From positions 96,001 to 160,000 of IMG/VR virus record IMGVR_UViG_3300037042_004723: a stretch of 64,000 nt of DNA; one strand, 5' to 3'. Under the pieces are notes generated by a model. That model was not told the origin of the DNA. It searched no databases and saw nothing but the letters and a program-made list of their open reading frames with translations. The position numbers and the translations under genes are program-made. Origin of the DNA: a virus. Below, piece by piece: positions 45,775-55,626 of this stretch. Each line of letters starts with the position of its first letter. The first letter of the stretch is position 1.

Positions 45775-45808
45775 TTAGGTTTCAGCCCCTTGTGATAGGC
45801 TGCCCGTC

Positions 45809-46114
45809 ATGATCGACGAGAGCAGCCCATCGATGGCCGCAGACCGTGTTTCGCCCAGTGTTGGCGATGACATGGAATGCGGCCTTGCTGTTTCTGCTGC
45901 CGGGGATGAAGCGGAAACGCAGAAACCCCATAGATCTCGCATGGAAGAAGATCTAGTGCGGAACGCTTTGTCTTTCATGAAAAGCACTGAGACCAAGTGG
46001 TGTGATGCTCGTGGCCAGAGCGGCCCGAGCCCAGCCGACTTTGGCGAGCACGATCCAATTCCGGTCGATGCGATTTGCGCATCGGTCGTGGTTTCTACCA
46101 ACAAGGAGAGCTAG
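45809..46114 (+). CDS. Acidic hypothetical protein
   Basis: 101-aa ORF. Confidence 0.55.
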   Translation: MIDESSPSMAADRVSPSVGDDMECGLAVSAAGDEAETQKPHRSRMEEDLVRNALSFMKSTETKWCDARGQSGPSPADFGEHDPIPVDAICASVVVSTNKES

Positions 46115-46224
46115 ATATGGCATTGCAAATAGTCCCCCGCAGGAGGATGCTCCGCCCCGTTCGTCACTGTAAAGCCGGCTGCTTACTTTAGCCGGGCCTT
46201 GCGCGGGACCCGGCATCAGTTGAT

Positions 46225-46521
46225 ATGACTATACTAATTTGCTTTATCCTTTCTTGCTATGGAGTTACGAACATCGTAACTAGCGGAAAGATCTTCCAAT
46301 GGCTCAGGGACCTGCTTCGGCCGGTCCCTGGCCTTGGGTATTGGATCTCCTGTCCAATGTGCATGGGGGTTCCGGTTGGAGTTGGATGGTTCCTCCTCGG
46401 GCTCCAGCCGGAAATGCAGGCATCGTTCTGGGTGACAGCGGCTGCCTGCGGAATGATCTCAAGCGGATCTTGCTGGATTATCCGAGTGGTCCTTAATCAT
46501 TTTGGAGAGGACGCACTCTGA
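46225..46521 (+). CDS. DUF1360-like membrane protein
   Basis: TM segments with IF..LR...LG.WISCPMCMG. Confidence 0.65.
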   Translation: MTILICFILSCYGVTNIVTSGKIFQWLRDLLRPVPGLGYWISCPMCMGVPVGVGWFLLGLQPEMQASFWVTAAACGMISSGSCWIIRVVLNHFGEDAL

Positions 46522-46550
46522 TGTTGATCACGCGGAAGGTATCGTAAGTC

Positions 46551-49500
46551 ATGGGATTTTGGGGACAAGTCGGAGACCGCGTTCGCGGTTTATTGCGTTT
46601 CGATAAAGAGCAGGTAGTCCTTAATCTTGCCAAGGGCGGGTCTGCCTCTGGCTATCCGCAGACTGGGTTTGATCTCCTCCAGTCGTACGGCCAGGACGTC
46701 CTCAGCGACTACCTCAAGCTCGAACATGACCTGATGGCCAGGTTCGTTGACTACGAGGAGATGGACGACTATCCGGAGCTGGCGTGCCTAGACGGGGACA
46801 CTCTCGTTTTCACACTGGAATACGGGTGGGAGGCGATCCGTAGCCTCGCCGCGAGAGGTGGAGACTTTCACGTTCTCGCCTATGACCGTGAGAGCAAGTC
46901 CCTGGTTCCGGCGATGGCGCGGAACGCTCGTGCCACGGGTGCGGCTGGGCACAGCAAGCAGATGGTCAGAGTTGTCATGGACAACGGGCAGGCAATCGTT
47001 TGCACGGCTGATCATATGTTCTTCTCCAAGGAGGAGAACTGGATTCAGGCTTCTGGCTTGCGGGCCGGGCAGAGGCTAATGCCGGGGGTTCTTCGGTCAA
47101 GGAGCCTGAACGGTGACTCGGATGGCTCCTACTGGGAGGTTCACCAGCCGAATAGCGACTCGGTTATCAGAACTTCCGATGGGAAGCGCTGGACGTGGGT
47201 TCATCGCCTGGTGGGAGAGATGATGCTGGGAGCCGGGCGCGGAGATATCGTCCATCACAAGGATGAGAATTCCCTTAACAACGCCCCAGACAATCTGAGC
47301 GTGGAAACATACAGCAGCCATGCTGGCGTCCATATCGCCAGGATCAACAATTCATCATATCTGCCTGAATGGAATGACGAGCGCAAGAGAGCTAAGTCAT
47401 TGGCGATGCTTGGCAATTCGCATAGAATTGGCAAGCGCGACAGCGCGGAGACTCGCGCTAAAAAGTCGGCGGCTCGTGCAGGTCGGCCGCTCACGGATGA
47501 TCATCGCCGAAAAATTGGCGACGCTCACCGGGTTAGCTTTACTCGTGAGCAAGTGGAGTCGGCCTACAGGAGTGGCGGGTCTGTCGCCGAGGCGGCGAGG
47601 ATTCTGGGCGTGTCGTGGGGTACGGCTCGCCGGAACCTTGATCGCTATGACCTAATTGTTGACGATGGGAATCACCGCGTAGTTCGCGTTGAGTTCCTCG
47701 ATGATCGTCCCGAGATTTTCGATCTTGAGGTTCCTGGCTATCACAACTTTGTCTGCAATGGCGTTGTTGTTCATAATTCAGCCATCGATATTTATGCCGA
47801 CGACGCGACGCAAACGGAGTCGCTTCAGAACAAGGTCGTTTGGATCGATAGTCCAGACAAGACCGTTCAGATGATTCTGGAAGATCTTCTCTGGAAGAGA
47901 CTTCGCATCGACGAGGAGGTCTGGGAGATCACCCGGACCCTGGTCAAGTACGGCAACGACTACGAGGAGCTTCTCGTAACCGGTGACGGTCTGGTTGGCC
48001 TCAATTTCCTGCCTCCTCCCACGATGCGTCGAATCGAAGGCCGGCGTGGGGAGTTGTTTGGATTCGTCCAGGACTACAAGGGGCGCTTCGGATACAGCCC
48101 TGAGGAGTTCAAGCAGCTATTGACCCAGCGTGCGGCTGGTGGGAATAGCCCGCAGAACAAGTATGCCGCCCTTGAGGATTGGGAGGTCTCCCACTTCAGG
48201 CTGAGGTCGAAGCATCGTCGGTCGATCTATGGGTACTCGGTCCTTGAGCCAGCTCGTTGGATCTGGAAGCGCCTTATGCTTCTTGAGGATGCAGCGATGG
48301 TCTATCGACTGCAGCGCGCTCCGCAGCGGTACGCCTTCTATATTGACGTTGGCGATATGCCGCCGAAGGAAGCGATGGGCTTCCTTCATAAGATGCGTCA
48401 GCAGTACAAGAAGACTAAGTTTTACAATCCGCAGTGCCTGACCGGCGAAACCTGCGTGACGTTGCTGGATGGCACCGACAAGAGCATGTCGGAGCTTGTT
48501 CGCGACTACGCTGACAAGACGTTCGACGTGTTCTCCTACGATTTGGAGACCGGTCGCGTGGTGCCGGGCAAGGCCAGAAACCCTCGCCTGACCCATGAGC
48601 AGGCGCCGATCTGGCGGGTGGTGTTGGATAACGGTTCCGTCGTGCGCTGCACGGGGAATCACCCGTTCCTGATGAGGGACGGTGAGTACAAGGCTGCCAA
48701 TACGCTCGCGTCCGGCGATTCCCTGATGCCGCTGTACATGTCACGCGGGTCGAAGGGCACGCATGGCTACTGGATGTATCAGGAGCCTGGAACCGGCCAG
48801 CGCAAGCATGTCCATCGGATGGTCGCGGAGGCTGTATGGCCAGATATGGCTGCGGCGAATATGCAGGTTCATCACGTTGATCACAACAAGGCCAATAACG
48901 CCCCCGGGAACCTGCAGTGGCTGACCGCGTCCGAGCATGCGCTGCATCATCCTGAGCGCCATCAGGCCGCGCGAGCTGCCTACGTCAAGCGCGTCAAGAA
49001 TGATGAGGCGTTCAGGCGCGAAATCGCAGGGCGAATCTCCAACTGGCGCAAGACAAAGCCTGACGAGGCGTTCGCGGCGACGTCGAGCCACAGCAAGCAG
49101 ATCATGGCCGACCGGGTGGCTTCGGCCAAGCCGGCTCACGATGCCATGATGGTCATCATCGAGGGCGAGGTCGTTAGAGATCCGCTCGTGGTTATCGAGG
49201 AACTCGCCGACCGGCTCAACGCGAACGATGAGTTCGCTAAGCTCTACGCTGACCTTCCAACCACAAAGAATTCGACAATCACAGGCGGATGCCTGCACGC
49301 ATTCTTGCGTCGTCATGGTTTTGACGGCTTCAAGGACTTCAAGAACAAGAAGACCAATCAGGCTCGGTGGAGAAATCGCACATACGGCAAGGAGGTCACC
49401 GAAGGCACGGAGGCGCACAACCATAAGGTCGTTAGCGTTTCATTCGAAGGATACGAGGACGTCTATAATATGGACGTCGAAAAGTATCATAATTTTGCCC

Positions 49501-51689
49501 TTACAAATGGCGTATTCGTCCATAATACCGGCAAGTTAGATCTCAAGTACAACCCGCTCTCGCAGGACGAGGATTTCTTCGTTCCCGTGCGCAAGGGTGT
49601 CCAGGCGACCAAGATTGACGTCGTGGGCTCGCCATCATGGCAGCACATGGAGGACATCGAATACTTCAAGCTGAAGCTCTACGCGGCGATCAAAGTTCCC
49701 AAGGTCTACCTCGGGTCTGAGGCACCGCGAGCCAAGGGCGTGCTGTGCTTGACTGGCGACACGCAGGTACCGCTGCTTGATGGTCGGCAGATTGCGCTCA
49801 AAGATCTTGCCGCAGAGCACGGCGCCGACGGCACCTTCTACGTTTACTCCTGTGACAAGGATGGCAACGTTGTGCCCGGTGAGGCCGTTGGCTGCCAGAT
49901 GACCAGGCCCGACGCTGAAGTCTGGGAGGTCGAACTGGACGATGGCTCTAAGGTTCGCGGGACGGCAGACCATCCGTTCTTGATGCGTGATGGGACTTAT
50001 TGTGAACTTGGGTCCCTCAAGCCAGGCGATTCCCTGATGCCGCTCTACCGCAAGGAGGCAAGTGGCACGGGGCGCGGCGAGAAGCTGGCCGGATACGAGA
50101 TGGTCCAGCATCCGTCTACTGGCAACTGGGAGTACACACATCAGGCGGTCAGCCGGGATGCGTGGGGTGATGCCTGGTACATGCTCGATGGCAAGCAGGC
50201 CGTCTGTCACCATGCCTCATTCGACAAGAGGAATAACGATCCTCGCTCCTTGGTGCGCCTGACCAAGGAAGATCACATCCTCCTGCACGCAGATCACGCA
50301 GAAAAGACCCTGCAGCGTCCAGATGTTGTTGAGGCCAGACGCAAAGGGGTCAAGGCATGGACCGACACCGAGAGGTGTAAGGACATCGCCAGGGGTAACC
50401 TGGCTGCCGTGAAGGCAGATCCGGACTCCGCCTGGTGGGCCTGGCAGCAGTCTGACGAGCATCGCGCCGCCAAGTCATCACAGATGACAGTCCAGTGGAG
50501 CGACGACTCGTCTCTGATGCGAAGCTCTCATCAGACGGATGAGTTCAGAGAGACGATGAGCGCGGCTGCGTCCAACAACTGGGACGATCCAGACTATCGG
50601 TCGCAGCGCGAAGGAGCCAATAACTCCAGATGGAGAGGCGACGTCAACCTTCAGCACCTGATTAACATCGCTGATAGTTATCGGTGCCGTAATCGGGACG
50701 AGCTGATCAAGTGGTCGAAGTGCTCGTGGTCGCTGATTGCCAGGATCTTTCGCGATAACGAGACCTCGTACGCCGAATTCGCTGCCAAATATATGGTCGG
50801 CGGATACAGGCTGTGCGCGAAGGGCGTTGGGCCGGTCATGACTCCGGACATCTTGACCAACAACTTGCCTGCACCCGTTAATCACTCGGTTGTCGCAGTT
50901 CGATTTGTTGGCCGCGAGGATTGCTACGACATCACGGTCAAGCAGCATCACAACTTCGCCGTGGCGGCCGGTGGCGTAAGCGGTGTTTTTGTTCATAATT
51001 CGCAGGAAGACGTACGTTTTGCCAGAACCGTCCTGCGTATCCAGCGTGAAGTGAGGAACGGCATCAAGAAGATGTGCCGCGTCCACTTGGCTGCTCTCGG
51101 CATCAATCCGAGCCAGGTCGACTTCGAGGTCTACATGACGACCCCGAGTTCGATCTTCGAATTGGCTCAGCTAGAGGTCAGAAATGCGAAGGCGGACTTT
51201 GCTGGCCGCATGAGCCAGTTTGTTTCCTTGCACTGGATTCTCCAGAAGGTATTTGGACTTAGCGAGGAAGAGATCGAGTACATCATCAAGGAGCGCCATC
51301 AGGAGCAACTTGCTGATGCCGAGGTTCAGTCGAAGGCCATGGGCCTCACCGTGGACGTGCAGAATACGGCCGCCCTGAAGCAGCAGGCTGCGACGACCAG
51401 TCTCCAGCAGCAGATGGCAACGGCTCAGCCGAACACGCAGGCATCCGAGGACCTGCGCAAGCACATGCGCGCCTCAGGCAGCCTGTCTCATATGTGGCCA
51501 CAAATGAGACAAAACCTTGGCTATCGCCCGATATCCGAACAAGAGCTATTCCACGGCAATCGTGAGCACGAGAAACTTGTTGGGGACAATCTGGAGAAGA
51601 TCCTGGAGTCCAATACGTCTTTAGCCAGGAGACTCGCTGAGTTGGGTCAATTGGTTAACGAATTGAAGATGAGCATGCCTGGTCGCTAG
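46551..51689 (+). CDS. Portal protein (T4 gp20-like) with three inteins
   Basis: YPEL|SAID, LEPARWIWKRLMLLEDAAMVYRLQRAPQRYAFYIDVG.MP, EDFF.PVR.G...TKID, YF...LYAA.KVP, EDVRFA; 599 aa after splicing. Confidence 0.93.
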   Translation: MGFWGQVGDRVRGLLRFDKEQVVLNLAKGGSASGYPQTGFDLLQSYGQDVLSDYLKLEHDLMARFVDYEEMDDYPELACLDGDTLVFTLEYGWEAIRSLAARGGDFHVLAYDRESKSLVPAMARNARATGAAGHSKQMVRVVMDNGQAIVCTADHMFFSKEENWIQASGLRAGQRLMPGVLRSRSLNGDSDGSYWEVHQPNSDSVIRTSDGKRWTWVHRLVGEMMLGAGRGDIVHHKDENSLNNAPDNLSVETYSSHAGVHIARINNSSYLPEWNDERKRAKSLAMLGNSHRIGKRDSAETRAKKSAARAGRPLTDDHRRKIGDAHRVSFTREQVESAYRSGGSVAEAARILGVSWGTARRNLDRYDLIVDDGNHRVVRVEFLDDRPEIFDLEVPGYHNFVCNGVVVHNSAIDIYADDATQTESLQNKVVWIDSPDKTVQMILEDLLWKRLRIDEEVWEITRTLVKYGNDYEELLVTGDGLVGLNFLPPPTMRRIEGRRGELFGFVQDYKGRFGYSPEEFKQLLTQRAAGGNSPQNKYAALEDWEVSHFRLRSKHRRSIYGYSVLEPARWIWKRLMLLEDAAMVYRLQRAPQRYAFYIDVGDMPPKEAMGFLHKMRQQYKKTKFYNPQCLTGETCVTLLDGTDKSMSELVRDYADKTFDVFSYDLETGRVVPGKARNPRLTHEQAPIWRVVLDNGSVVRCTGNHPFLMRDGEYKAANTLASGDSLMPLYMSRGSKGTHGYWMYQEPGTGQRKHVHRMVAEAVWPDMAAANMQVHHVDHNKANNAPGNLQWLTASEHALHHPERHQAARAAYVKRVKNDEAFRREIAGRISNWRKTKPDEAFAATSSHSKQIMADRVASAKPAHDAMMVIIEGEVVRDPLVVIEELADRLNANDEFAKLYADLPTTKNSTITGGCLHAFLRRHGFDGFKDFKNKKTNQARWRNRTYGKEVTEGTEAHNHKVVSVSFEGYEDVYNMDVEKYHNFALTNGVFVHNTGKLDLKYNPLSQDEDFFVPVRKGVQATKIDVVGSPSWQHMEDIEYFKLKLYAAIKVPKVYLGSEAPRAKGVLCLTGDTQVPLLDGRQIALKDLAAEHGADGTFYVYSCDKDGNVVPGEAVGCQMTRPDAEVWEVELDDGSKVRGTADHPFLMRDGTYCELGSLKPGDSLMPLYRKEASGTGRGEKLAGYEMVQHPSTGNWEYTHQAVSRDAWGDAWYMLDGKQAVCHHASFDKRNNDPRSLVRLTKEDHILLHADHAEKTLQRPDVVEARRKGVKAWTDTERCKDIARGNLAAVKADPDSAWWAWQQSDEHRAAKSSQMTVQWSDDSSLMRSSHQTDEFRETMSAAASNNWDDPDYRSQREGANNSRWRGDVNLQHLINIADSYRCRNRDELIKWSKCSWSLIARIFRDNETSYAEFAAKYMVGGYRLCAKGVGPVMTPDILTNNLPAPVNHSVVAVRFVGREDCYDITVKQHHNFAVAAGGVSGVFVHNSQEDVRFARTVLRIQREVRNGIKKMCRVHLAALGINPSQVDFEVYMTTPSSIFELAQLEVRNAKADFAGRMSQFVSLHWILQKVFGLSEEEIEYIIKERHQEQLADAEVQSKAMGLTVDVQNTAALKQQAATTSLQQQMATAQPNTQASEDLRKHMRASGSLSHMWPQMRQNLGYRPISEQELFHGNREHEKLVGDNLEKILESNTSLARRLAELGQLVNELKMSMPGR
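46785..47777 (+). mobile_element. Portal intein 1 (HNH + NUMOD3-like + HTH, 331 aa)
   Basis: LA|CLDGDT...TADHMF...VHRLV...VHHKDENSLNNAPDNL...VVVHN|S. Confidence 0.95.
48435..49526 (+). mobile_element. Portal intein 2 (HNH, 364 aa)
   Basis: PQ|CLTGET...TGNHPF...VHRMV...VHHVDHNKANNAPGNL...VFVHN|T. Confidence 0.95.
49746..50999 (+). mobile_element. Portal intein 3 (HNH, 418 aa)
   Basis: VL|CLTGDT...TADHPF...THQAV...CHHASFDKRNNDPRSL...VFVHN|S. Confidence 0.95.
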
Positions 51690-51718
51690 ATTCATTTTCT
51701 AAATGGATCTAGCCATGC

Positions 51719-51747
51719 TTGACACACGCAATCATTTGCAGCAGGAT
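51719..51747 (+). promoter_or_regulatory. Possible promoter of the head genes
   Basis: TTGACA-N17-CAGGAT. Confidence 0.45.
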
Positions 51748-51770
51748 CCCTCACACAAAGGTCTGAACTG

Positions 51771-52730
51771 GTGGCAAATAATCAAACATCGACTGCGAGG
51801 ATTGTTTCTCTCGATGCGATTAAGACCCTCGTTGAGGGCTCTCATGAGCATCTTGGCTTCGTTTTAGACGAGGCCCTGCTTGATGGCAGAGATATCTTTA
51901 CCGCTGGCCGGTCTGTCGACGTGACCAGGATGGCCACGTTCAGCGATTATATGGTTGTCGGGACGTCTGATGGCCAGTACTTCAATGTGAAGTTCGAGCA
52001 CTCCGATGGAGGAGTTGTACTCCTCGCTCCGACGAAGGTTGCTGTGCCAGTCGTTACCTCGTCGAACGCGACCAAGTCCGTAAAGGATTTTACTCTTAGC
52101 GCCGTTGACGCGCTGATGTCTGAGGGATCCCCGGGTGTGGTTGGTCGGATTTTGGCCCTGGCAGATCTCCAGGAGCAGCGTCAGGTGTGGGGGGCCAGGG
52201 ACTATCCTGCGGAGGCGGTTGCGGCCGTTTCCGATGGAAGGCCATGGCGTCAGGCGCTCGCTGCTCAGTGGGGCGAGATCAGCAGACAGGTAGTCGATAA
52301 GCTTGAATCGATCAGGGGCGTTGCCCTTGAGGCGAAGTACAAGCCGATGTATGAGTCTGACGATATCCCAGAGGAGAAGTTCGAGACTTATCGGCCTCTC
52401 GCTGAGGCAGATCTCAACGTCCTCGCTGGACGACTCCAGTCCATCCACGAGGCTGTCGAGTCAGTCTATCTTCCGTTCAGGGACTCCCTAAGTAAGAGCG
52501 ACCTGGATGAGTCGGAAGAGGACGTCCTGTCCCACTTCTGTTTCTTCTCCGAGGACCTGATTGCGGATCTCAGCGAGATCAGGTCGTTGGTGGCGGACAC
52601 TCTCGAAAACGAGCAGTGTGTTATGTGCCTTGGACAGGTCTACGACACGATCGCTGAGTCGCTTACGGATTGCGAGATCGCCGGTAGCTTTGTCCAGCGT
52701 ATGGCTGGCGCACTAGACGATGCGGCGTAG
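51771..52730 (+). CDS. Acidic helical head-region protein
   Basis: 319 aa between portal and protease. Confidence 0.75.
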   Translation: MANNQTSTARIVSLDAIKTLVEGSHEHLGFVLDEALLDGRDIFTAGRSVDVTRMATFSDYMVVGTSDGQYFNVKFEHSDGGVVLLAPTKVAVPVVTSSNATKSVKDFTLSAVDALMSEGSPGVVGRILALADLQEQRQVWGARDYPAEAVAAVSDGRPWRQALAAQWGEISRQVVDKLESIRGVALEAKYKPMYESDDIPEEKFETYRPLAEADLNVLAGRLQSIHEAVESVYLPFRDSLSKSDLDESEEDVLSHFCFFSEDLIADLSEIRSLVADTLENEQCVMCLGQVYDTIAESLTDCEIAGSFVQRMAGALDDAA

Positions 52731-52763
52731 GCCAGGAACCTCGACGACCACAGGAGAAGCAAG

Positions 52764-53786
52764 ATGATTCACAACAGGTATCCAGTCCAGCTTACGACCC
52801 TCGAAGAGGATTTCCGCGCTATCGGCCTGCTCCCCCAGCGTGAGCTGTCGGAGTCCGACGATTCGGCGGTGCCGCGCGATATTCCCTCCCCGGCCCCGGA
52901 GACGAATACCGGCAGCGACATGCAGGCGATGCCCGCCCGGCACAAGTACGCCAAGCAGCCGAAGCCAAAGATGGCCCCGGACGATACCAACGATCATGAC
53001 GATCCGTTGGAGGCTGGCGCAACTCAGCGCAGGAAGGGCTCCGGCTCGTACAGGACAGTCTCCGGTGGCAAGGAAGCCAGCCTTGGTCGCATGGAGTCCG
53101 CTGAGCCCAAGGGCTATCAGCTACTCAAGAATAAGATCATGAAGGGCGCCAAGGACAACGGCAGGGAGCCGTCTATCGCCAGAGGCCTTGCCCCCGTCAA
53201 CAAGCACGCCGGAATGATCAAGAAGGAGTCGGCCAACATCAGCCGCGCTTCTGAGCTTGTGAATGAGGTCGAGGCGCTCATCAACGGCTCGCAGGTCAGC
53301 GAGGACTATAACAACCTCGCCCACGGGTTCTCGCTCATTGGCGAGAACTGTGCGCTGCTTGCCGATCGCCTGGTCGATCTCGCCGAGCACTACAACGTGG
53401 ATCGTGCAATTTCGGCCATGGAGTCTCTCTACAACAACGCCATCGAGGCGGCTCAGATTGTCGAGATGAAGGCCAAGAAGAAGGACAAGGACGACGATTC
53501 GGACGACGATGACGATGATGATTCGGACGCCGACGAGGCGCTTGAGTCCATCAAGGAAGCCTTCCGTCTCATGACCCTTCAGCTGATGGATGCGGTTGAG
53601 GCGTACGACGCCACCATCACCAAGGACGACGATTCGGACGACGACGACGACGACGACGATGACGACGATGATGACGATGATGACGACGATGATGACGACG
53701 ATGACGATGACGATGACGAGGGTGGCATTGCTGCTCGGATGGCTAAGCTGAGGGCAGGTAAGGGCAAGGGCCCTTTCGGCAAGTAG
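52764..53786 (+). CDS. Poly-Asp protein, putative prohead core/scaffold
   Basis: 340 aa; GGAG RBS; two Asp tracts; directly upstream of the protease. Confidence 0.75.
   Translation: MIHNRYPVQLTTLEEDFRAIGLLPQRELSESDDSAVPRDIPSPAPETNTGSDMQAMPARHKYAKQPKPKMAPDDTNDHDDPLEAGATQRRKGSGSYRTVSGGKEASLGRMESAEPKGYQLLKNKIMKGAKDNGREPSIARGLAPVNKHAGMIKKESANISRASELVNEVEALINGSQVSEDYNNLAHGFSLIGENCALLADRLVDLAEHYNVDRAISAMESLYNNAIEAAQIVEMKAKKKDKDDDSDDDDDDDSDADEALESIKEAFRLMTLQLMDAVEAYDATITKDDDSDDDDDDDDDDDDDDDDDDDDDDDDDDDEGGIAARMAKLRAGKGKGPFGK
53621..53720 (+). repeat. GAY codon run: DDDS plus 27 consecutive Asp
   Basis: 53637-53717 is 27 mixed GAC/GAT codons; a 24-nt direct repeat is shared with the shorter tract at 53486. 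Confidence 0.95.
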
Positions 53787-54009
53787 GGCTCCAGACCGAG
53801 GAGCCCAGGGCTAGGCGAACGGCCTACGCATCGGGACGCAAGGAATTGGCATTCGGTCTAGAGCCACGTGACGGCCCAATGGGCAAATCAACAAGGAGTC
53901 CAAAGCGGAGAAAAAGCAGTTCAGATCTATCGCTTTGTTACGATGTGAGTTTCAAGTCGCCCGTAATTAAAAGATCTGAATTCAGTTTCCCATTTTGGTC
54001 AAAAGGCTA

Positions 54010-55608
54010 ATGTCCAACGAAAAACAACTACTTGTTGACACGTTTTCCTTCAGGGCTACCGTCCTGGAGGAAAGCAAGTCAGGTCCCGGCGAGTACATCG
54101 CCAAGGGCGAGTTTGCTCGTTCGGATAGACCAACCGAGAACAAGCGACTATATCCAGCGACCCTCTGGGAGCGCGAGATCGGACGCCTGTCTAAGCAGAT
54201 GAAGGAAATGAAGGTCTACGGCGAGCTGGATCATCCGATGGATGGTCGGACGCAGCTCAAGCGCGTATCCCACATTATTTCCGACCTCCACATGGAGGGC
54301 AACATTGTCGTCGGTACGGCTCGCATCCTCAACACGACTGAGGGCAGAAACCTCAAGGCAATCATTGAGGCAGGCGGAGCAGTTGGTGTTTCGTCTCGTG
54401 GATTTGGTACTACCAAGCCAAACCTTCAGGGAGAAGAGGTTGTTCAGCCGGATTATCGGTTGATGACTTTCGATTTTGTCGCTGAGCCAGCGCAGCAGAG
54501 CGCCTATCCGAAAATTAGCATCGAGAGCACTAATGCTCATCGAAAGATGGAGGCAGCAATGGATGAGAGTATGACATTTAATGAGTTCAAGAGGACTCAT
54601 CCTGAGCTGGCCGAGCACTTTGCTGACGACGCTCAGCGTGAGTACGAGAAGCGTGGCGCTGAGATTTGGGCCAAGAAGATTCTTGGCACCAAAACTGAGG
54701 TCGCCACGAATCTCCGTGCCGAGTTCGCCGAGAAGCTTGAGGCGGCCGTCGCTGAGGCCAAGAAGGAGATGGAGAAGTCCGTCACCGAGCGCCTCATGAA
54801 TGACCCCTCGGTTGCCCTTGCCAAGAAGGCGATGAGCGAGCTGAAGGACGTCCTTCGTCCGTTCGTTATTCCTTCCGACGTGGAGTCGGTCGTCAGGTCA
54901 AAGGAAGAGGTCATCGGCCAGCTTGAGAACAAGCTGGCGGAGAAGGATCTCGAAATTGCTAACCTGATCAGCGAGAATGACAAGCTTGCGAAGATCGCCA
55001 AGGAAGCTGGCTACAGGTATCACCTGGAGCAGCGCCTGAACGATATCGGTAACGCGGACGAGATCCGCTCTCTGGTTGGTGATGTGAAGCGGTACAGGAC
55101 CCTAAGGGATATGGACAAGCAGATCGTTCAGATCGCTGAGTCCATCGCCCTCAGAGATACTGAGGAGTCGAGGCGCGATGAGCGCGTCGCTCAACTTGAG
55201 GAAGAGGTTGCCACGCAGAAGCTGATCGCCGAGAAGGCGCTTGAGGCTAGCAAGCACCTCGCTGCCCAGGTCTACCTGGAGCAGCGCCTCGCAAATCACC
55301 CCAATCAGGAGTACGCGCGTACTCTCACTGAGTCTCGTCAGCCCGCGACCAAGGAACAGGTCGATGCGCTGATGGCGAAGTCACTGCCCCGGGTATCCGT
55401 TACTGAGGATATCGAAGCAGCTCGGGCCCGCGTTCGTCAGTTGACGAACAGCGGTACTCGTGAGTATCTGCAGGAGCAGGAAGAGGGCAAGGGATCTATG
55501 GGTGGTAACCATGATGGTGCCACTCGCGATTACAACGGGCTCGGAGCGAATCTCAACGAGATCCGTGCCCTATCGGGGCTGCCAGGCAAGGGCACTCAGA
55601 GCAACTAA
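54010..55608 (+). CDS. Prohead protease (T4 gp21-like) with C-terminal coiled-coil scaffold
   Basis: N.R.YP, GELDHP, VSHII, GVSSRG.G, TFDFVAEPA. Confidence 0.92.
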   Translation: MSNEKQLLVDTFSFRATVLEESKSGPGEYIAKGEFARSDRPTENKRLYPATLWEREIGRLSKQMKEMKVYGELDHPMDGRTQLKRVSHIISDLHMEGNIVVGTARILNTTEGRNLKAIIEAGGAVGVSSRGFGTTKPNLQGEEVVQPDYRLMTFDFVAEPAQQSAYPKISIESTNAHRKMEAAMDESMTFNEFKRTHPELAEHFADDAQREYEKRGAEIWAKKILGTKTEVATNLRAEFAEKLEAAVAEAKKEMEKSVTERLMNDPSVALAKKAMSELKDVLRPFVIPSDVESVVRSKEEVIGQLENKLAEKDLEIANLISENDKLAKIAKEAGYRYHLEQRLNDIGNADEIRSLVGDVKRYRTLRDMDKQIVQIAESIALRDTEESRRDERVAQLEEEVATQKLIAEKALEASKHLAAQVYLEQRLANHPNQEYARTLTESRQPATKEQVDALMAKSLPRVSVTEDIEAARARVRQLTNSGTREYLQEQEEGKGSMGGNHDGATRDYNGLGANLNEIRALSGLPGKGTQSN

Positions 55609-55626
55609 AGGCACGGAGGAGATTTT

